Below are positions 18,559 to 20,000 of a stretch of DNA of 20,000 bases, in pieces. This DNA comes from an uncultured virus (IMG/VR IMGVR_UViG_3300020577_005824). Lineage: Duplodnaviria; Heunggongvirae; Uroviricota; Caudoviricetes. Position 1 is the stretch's first letter; every line of letters begins with the position of its first letter. The DNA is taken from IMG/VR virus record IMGVR_UViG_3300020577_005824; one strand, 5' to 3'. Both the position numbers and the translations under genes were made by a program. The notes under the pieces are model-generated. The model was not told where the DNA came from. It did no database searches and saw only the letters and a list, made by a program, of their open reading frames with translations.

Positions 18559-19416
18559 TACCCGAACACACGAGCAACTGCCAACTCATAATATTTTACC
18601 TCTTTTTCAATACCTATAAATTTTCGGTTCAACTCTTTTGCTCCTAAACAAGTTGTTCCTACTCCCATTGTGTTATCAAGCACATAATCGTTTTCGTCTG
18701 AATATGTAGCAATTATTTCTTTCATCAAACTTAAAGGTTTTTGAGTTGGGTGTATAGTCTTACCTTCACTTCCAAACTCCCAAATGGTTGTAGGGTAGTT
18801 AGTGTATTCTTGTTTTGTAACCAATCCAACAGGTCTGCTTTTTCTACTTCCATAGTTATCTGTATCAGTTGAGTTTTTATTGTACCTTTCAACTTTTACA
18901 AGTCCTTGTGGATTGTATGTCATTCTATTCTTACAACCATTTGCGGAAGCACCTTTGCTAAAAATCAAAATATTTTCGTGTTTCCTCATTGGTTTATTTT
19001 TAGCCTCCAAATGTCCGTTTGGGCGTGATTTTACCCATATAATTTCATACTTAAACAATTTTAAGTTTGATGAAATAAGTTGAGTTGTAAATGGTTGCGT
19101 TGCAGTTAAAATAATTGCTCCATTGTCGGTAATTATTCTCTCATACTCAACCCACAACTTGTTTAGGTCTAATACACTATCCCATTTATTTGCAGTCGTT
19201 CCATAAGGCAAATCAGCCAAAATAAGTTGAACCGATTTATCAGGAATAAGAGGTAAAATATCCATACAATCAGCATTGAACAAAGCACTGCCACTAACAC
19301 TGCATTGCTGCAATGGCGGCAGACTGCCAAACTTCAACTTATGTGCTTCTATTATCTTTTGTGCTATATTCATCTTTTCGTTCTTTTAATCCGCCACTGA
19401 CAGCAATGCTTTTACG
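18546..19416 (+). mobile_element. Gene cassette 1 (871 bp; DNA methyltransferase)
   Basis: Starts (G)TTAGTGGCAATGC. Its attC begins GCACTGCCACTAAC (19285-19298), the reverse complement at 13/14 positions. Confidence 0.8.
18558..19373 (-). CDS. DNA methyltransferase, N4-C/N6-A beta class
   Basis: ADC...IPDKSVQLILADLPYG (motif IV), HENILIF, HPTQKP and VLDNTMGVGTT...GIE (motif I); motif IV precedes motif I. Confidence 0.92.
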   Translation of the reverse strand: MNIAQKIIEAHKLKFGSLPPLQQCSVSGSALFNADCMDILPLIPDKSVQLILADLPYGTTANKWDSVLDLNKLWVEYERIITDNGAIILTATQPFTTQLISSNLKLFKYEIIWVKSRPNGHLEAKNKPMRKHENILIFSKGASANGCKNRMTYNPQGLVKVERYNKNSTDTDNYGSRKSRPVGLVTKQEYTNYPTTIWEFGSEGKTIHPTQKPLSLMKEIIATYSDENDYVLDNTMGVGTTCLGAKELNRKFIGIEKEVKYYELAVARVFG

Positions 19417-19422
19417 TTAGCC
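19292..19422 (+). repeat. attC-like site 1 (131 bp)
   Basis: CACTAAC-act-GCATTGCTG.CAATGGCGG-loop-CCGCCACTG(A)CAGCAATGC-ttttac-GTTAGCC: an 18-bp stem with one mismatch and one bulged base. Confidence 0.85.
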
Positions 19423-19793
19423 GCAAGCCTAAGCGACATCGTAACTAATAGTTAGGTTTGACATTGCCTCAATTGTAAAAAGCAACTGACCTGCCACATC
19501 ATAACCATTGTAAACTGTTATCGTAAGGTCGTTATGATACCCTTTGCCGATAGTCTTTTCTTCTTCTTTAATTTCGTGTATCTTATCGCCAAATGCAGCA
19601 TATTGGTACTTGTCGTTTACGGCAAAGTAAGTTGAGCCTTCGCCAGTTCCTTTTTCAATTGATTTTATTCGTTTCATTTTTATTTGTGTTGTGAGAAAGG
19701 CCAGCGGCTAACAGCGGTTTTGCAATAGCCGCCCGACACATCTCGGTTAATAATTAAATTCTTCTTTGGCGGCCATCGCAAAGCCGCAAAACG
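19417..19793 (+). mobile_element. Gene cassette 2 (377 bp; 82-aa ORF)
   Basis: Starts (G)TTAGCCGCAAGCCT. Its attC begins AGGCCAGCGGCTAAC (19698-19712), the reverse complement at 13/15 positions. Confidence 0.8.
19429..19677 (-). CDS. Hypothetical cassette protein (82 aa)
   Basis: ORF with an A-rich leader that fills the cassette; its stop abuts the cassette boundary. Confidence 0.7.
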   Translation of the reverse strand: MKRIKSIEKGTGEGSTYFAVNDKYQYAAFGDKIHEIKEEEKTIGKGYHNDLTITVYNGYDVAGQLLFTIEAMSNLTISYDVA

Positions 19794-19799
19794 TTACAG
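19706..19799 (+). repeat. attC-like site 2 (94 bp)
   Basis: GGCTAAC-a-GCGGTTTTGCAATAGCCGCC-loop-GGCGGCCATCGCAAAGCCGC-aaaac-GTTACAG: a 20-bp stem with 3 transition mismatches. Confidence 0.85.
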
Positions 19800-19844
19800 G
19801 TAATAGGGGTGAAGTGCTTCGATTGATATTCTCGTTTGAAATTT

Positions 19845-20000
19845 TTAATTAAACCATTTGAGTTCTGTCGTTCCATTGAAGCCTTTTTGCCACACATACC
19901 AAGCATACGCAACAGCACTTCCACCGCCAGCAATCATTTTTTCAAATTCAGCGTTCTTTGCACAAAGCAGCCGAGAACTTGAAACATAAACGGTCTTTGG
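19845..20000 (-). CDS. C-terminus of a probable phage-type DNA adenine methyltransferase (cassette 3; 5' part outside the window)
   Basis: Translated by hand: PKTVYVSSSRLLCAKNAEFEKMIAGGGSAVAYAWYVWQKGFNGTTELKWFN*. The YAW(F/Y)VW.KG ending is typical of small NPP(Y/F)-type phage methylases, but the catalytic motifs are not visible. Confidence 0.6.
   Translation of the reverse strand, partial: PKTVYVSSSRLLCAKNAEFEKMIAGGGSAVAYAWYVWQKGFNGTTELKWFN

Noticed and set aside
4973..19083. Numerous short + strand ORFs opposite the minus-strand genes (e.g. 6959-7168, 9042-9287, 12326-12592, 18880-19083)
   Set aside because: They are antisense to well-supported genes and have no recognisable motifs.
18545..19712. 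Shufflon/invertible segments bounded by inverted repeats
   Set aside because: The inverted pairs differ between units, all ORFs face the same way, and attC-like hairpins separate the units, which favours excision/insertion. Inversion is not formally excluded.
19292..19799. Hairpins read as intrinsic terminators or REP/ncRNA elements
   Set aside because: The loops are long (34-71 nt), at most four T/A residues flank the stems, and the TAAC/GTTA ends plus cassette-specific end complementarity fit recombination sites better. An additional RNA-level role is not excluded.

Overview
This window looks like part of a tailed dsDNA phage (or prophage) genome, probably with a Bacteroidota host (BT4734/VirE-N-type primase, a TTTG-N20-TAnnTTTG promoter, AT-rich). 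Bases 1-4662 (+) encode the end of a virion tail-fibre/adhesin module. It converges at a bidirectional terminator (4674-4715) on a long minus-strand replication/recombination region: SSB-like protein, VRR-NUC nuclease, primase-helicase, sliding clamp, SNF2 helicase, SMC-like ATPase, PD-(D/E)XK exonuclease, NinB-like protein and RNase HI. The stand-out is 17661-20000, an integron-like system inside the phage operon. It has a 277-aa tyrosine recombinase lacking the IntI-specific insertion, an attI-like site 51 bp from its start codon, and at least three cassettes: DNA methyltransferase, 82-aa ORF, and a second methyltransferase that is cut off by the window edge. The cassettes are separated by attC-like TAAC...GTTA hairpins, and in both complete cassettes the R''-side arm is complementary to that cassette's own first 14-15 bases. 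Unlike canonical integrons, all cassette ORFs point toward the integrase, and one ORF appears to start inside its own attC. All functional calls come from motif reading by eye; no database searches were run.
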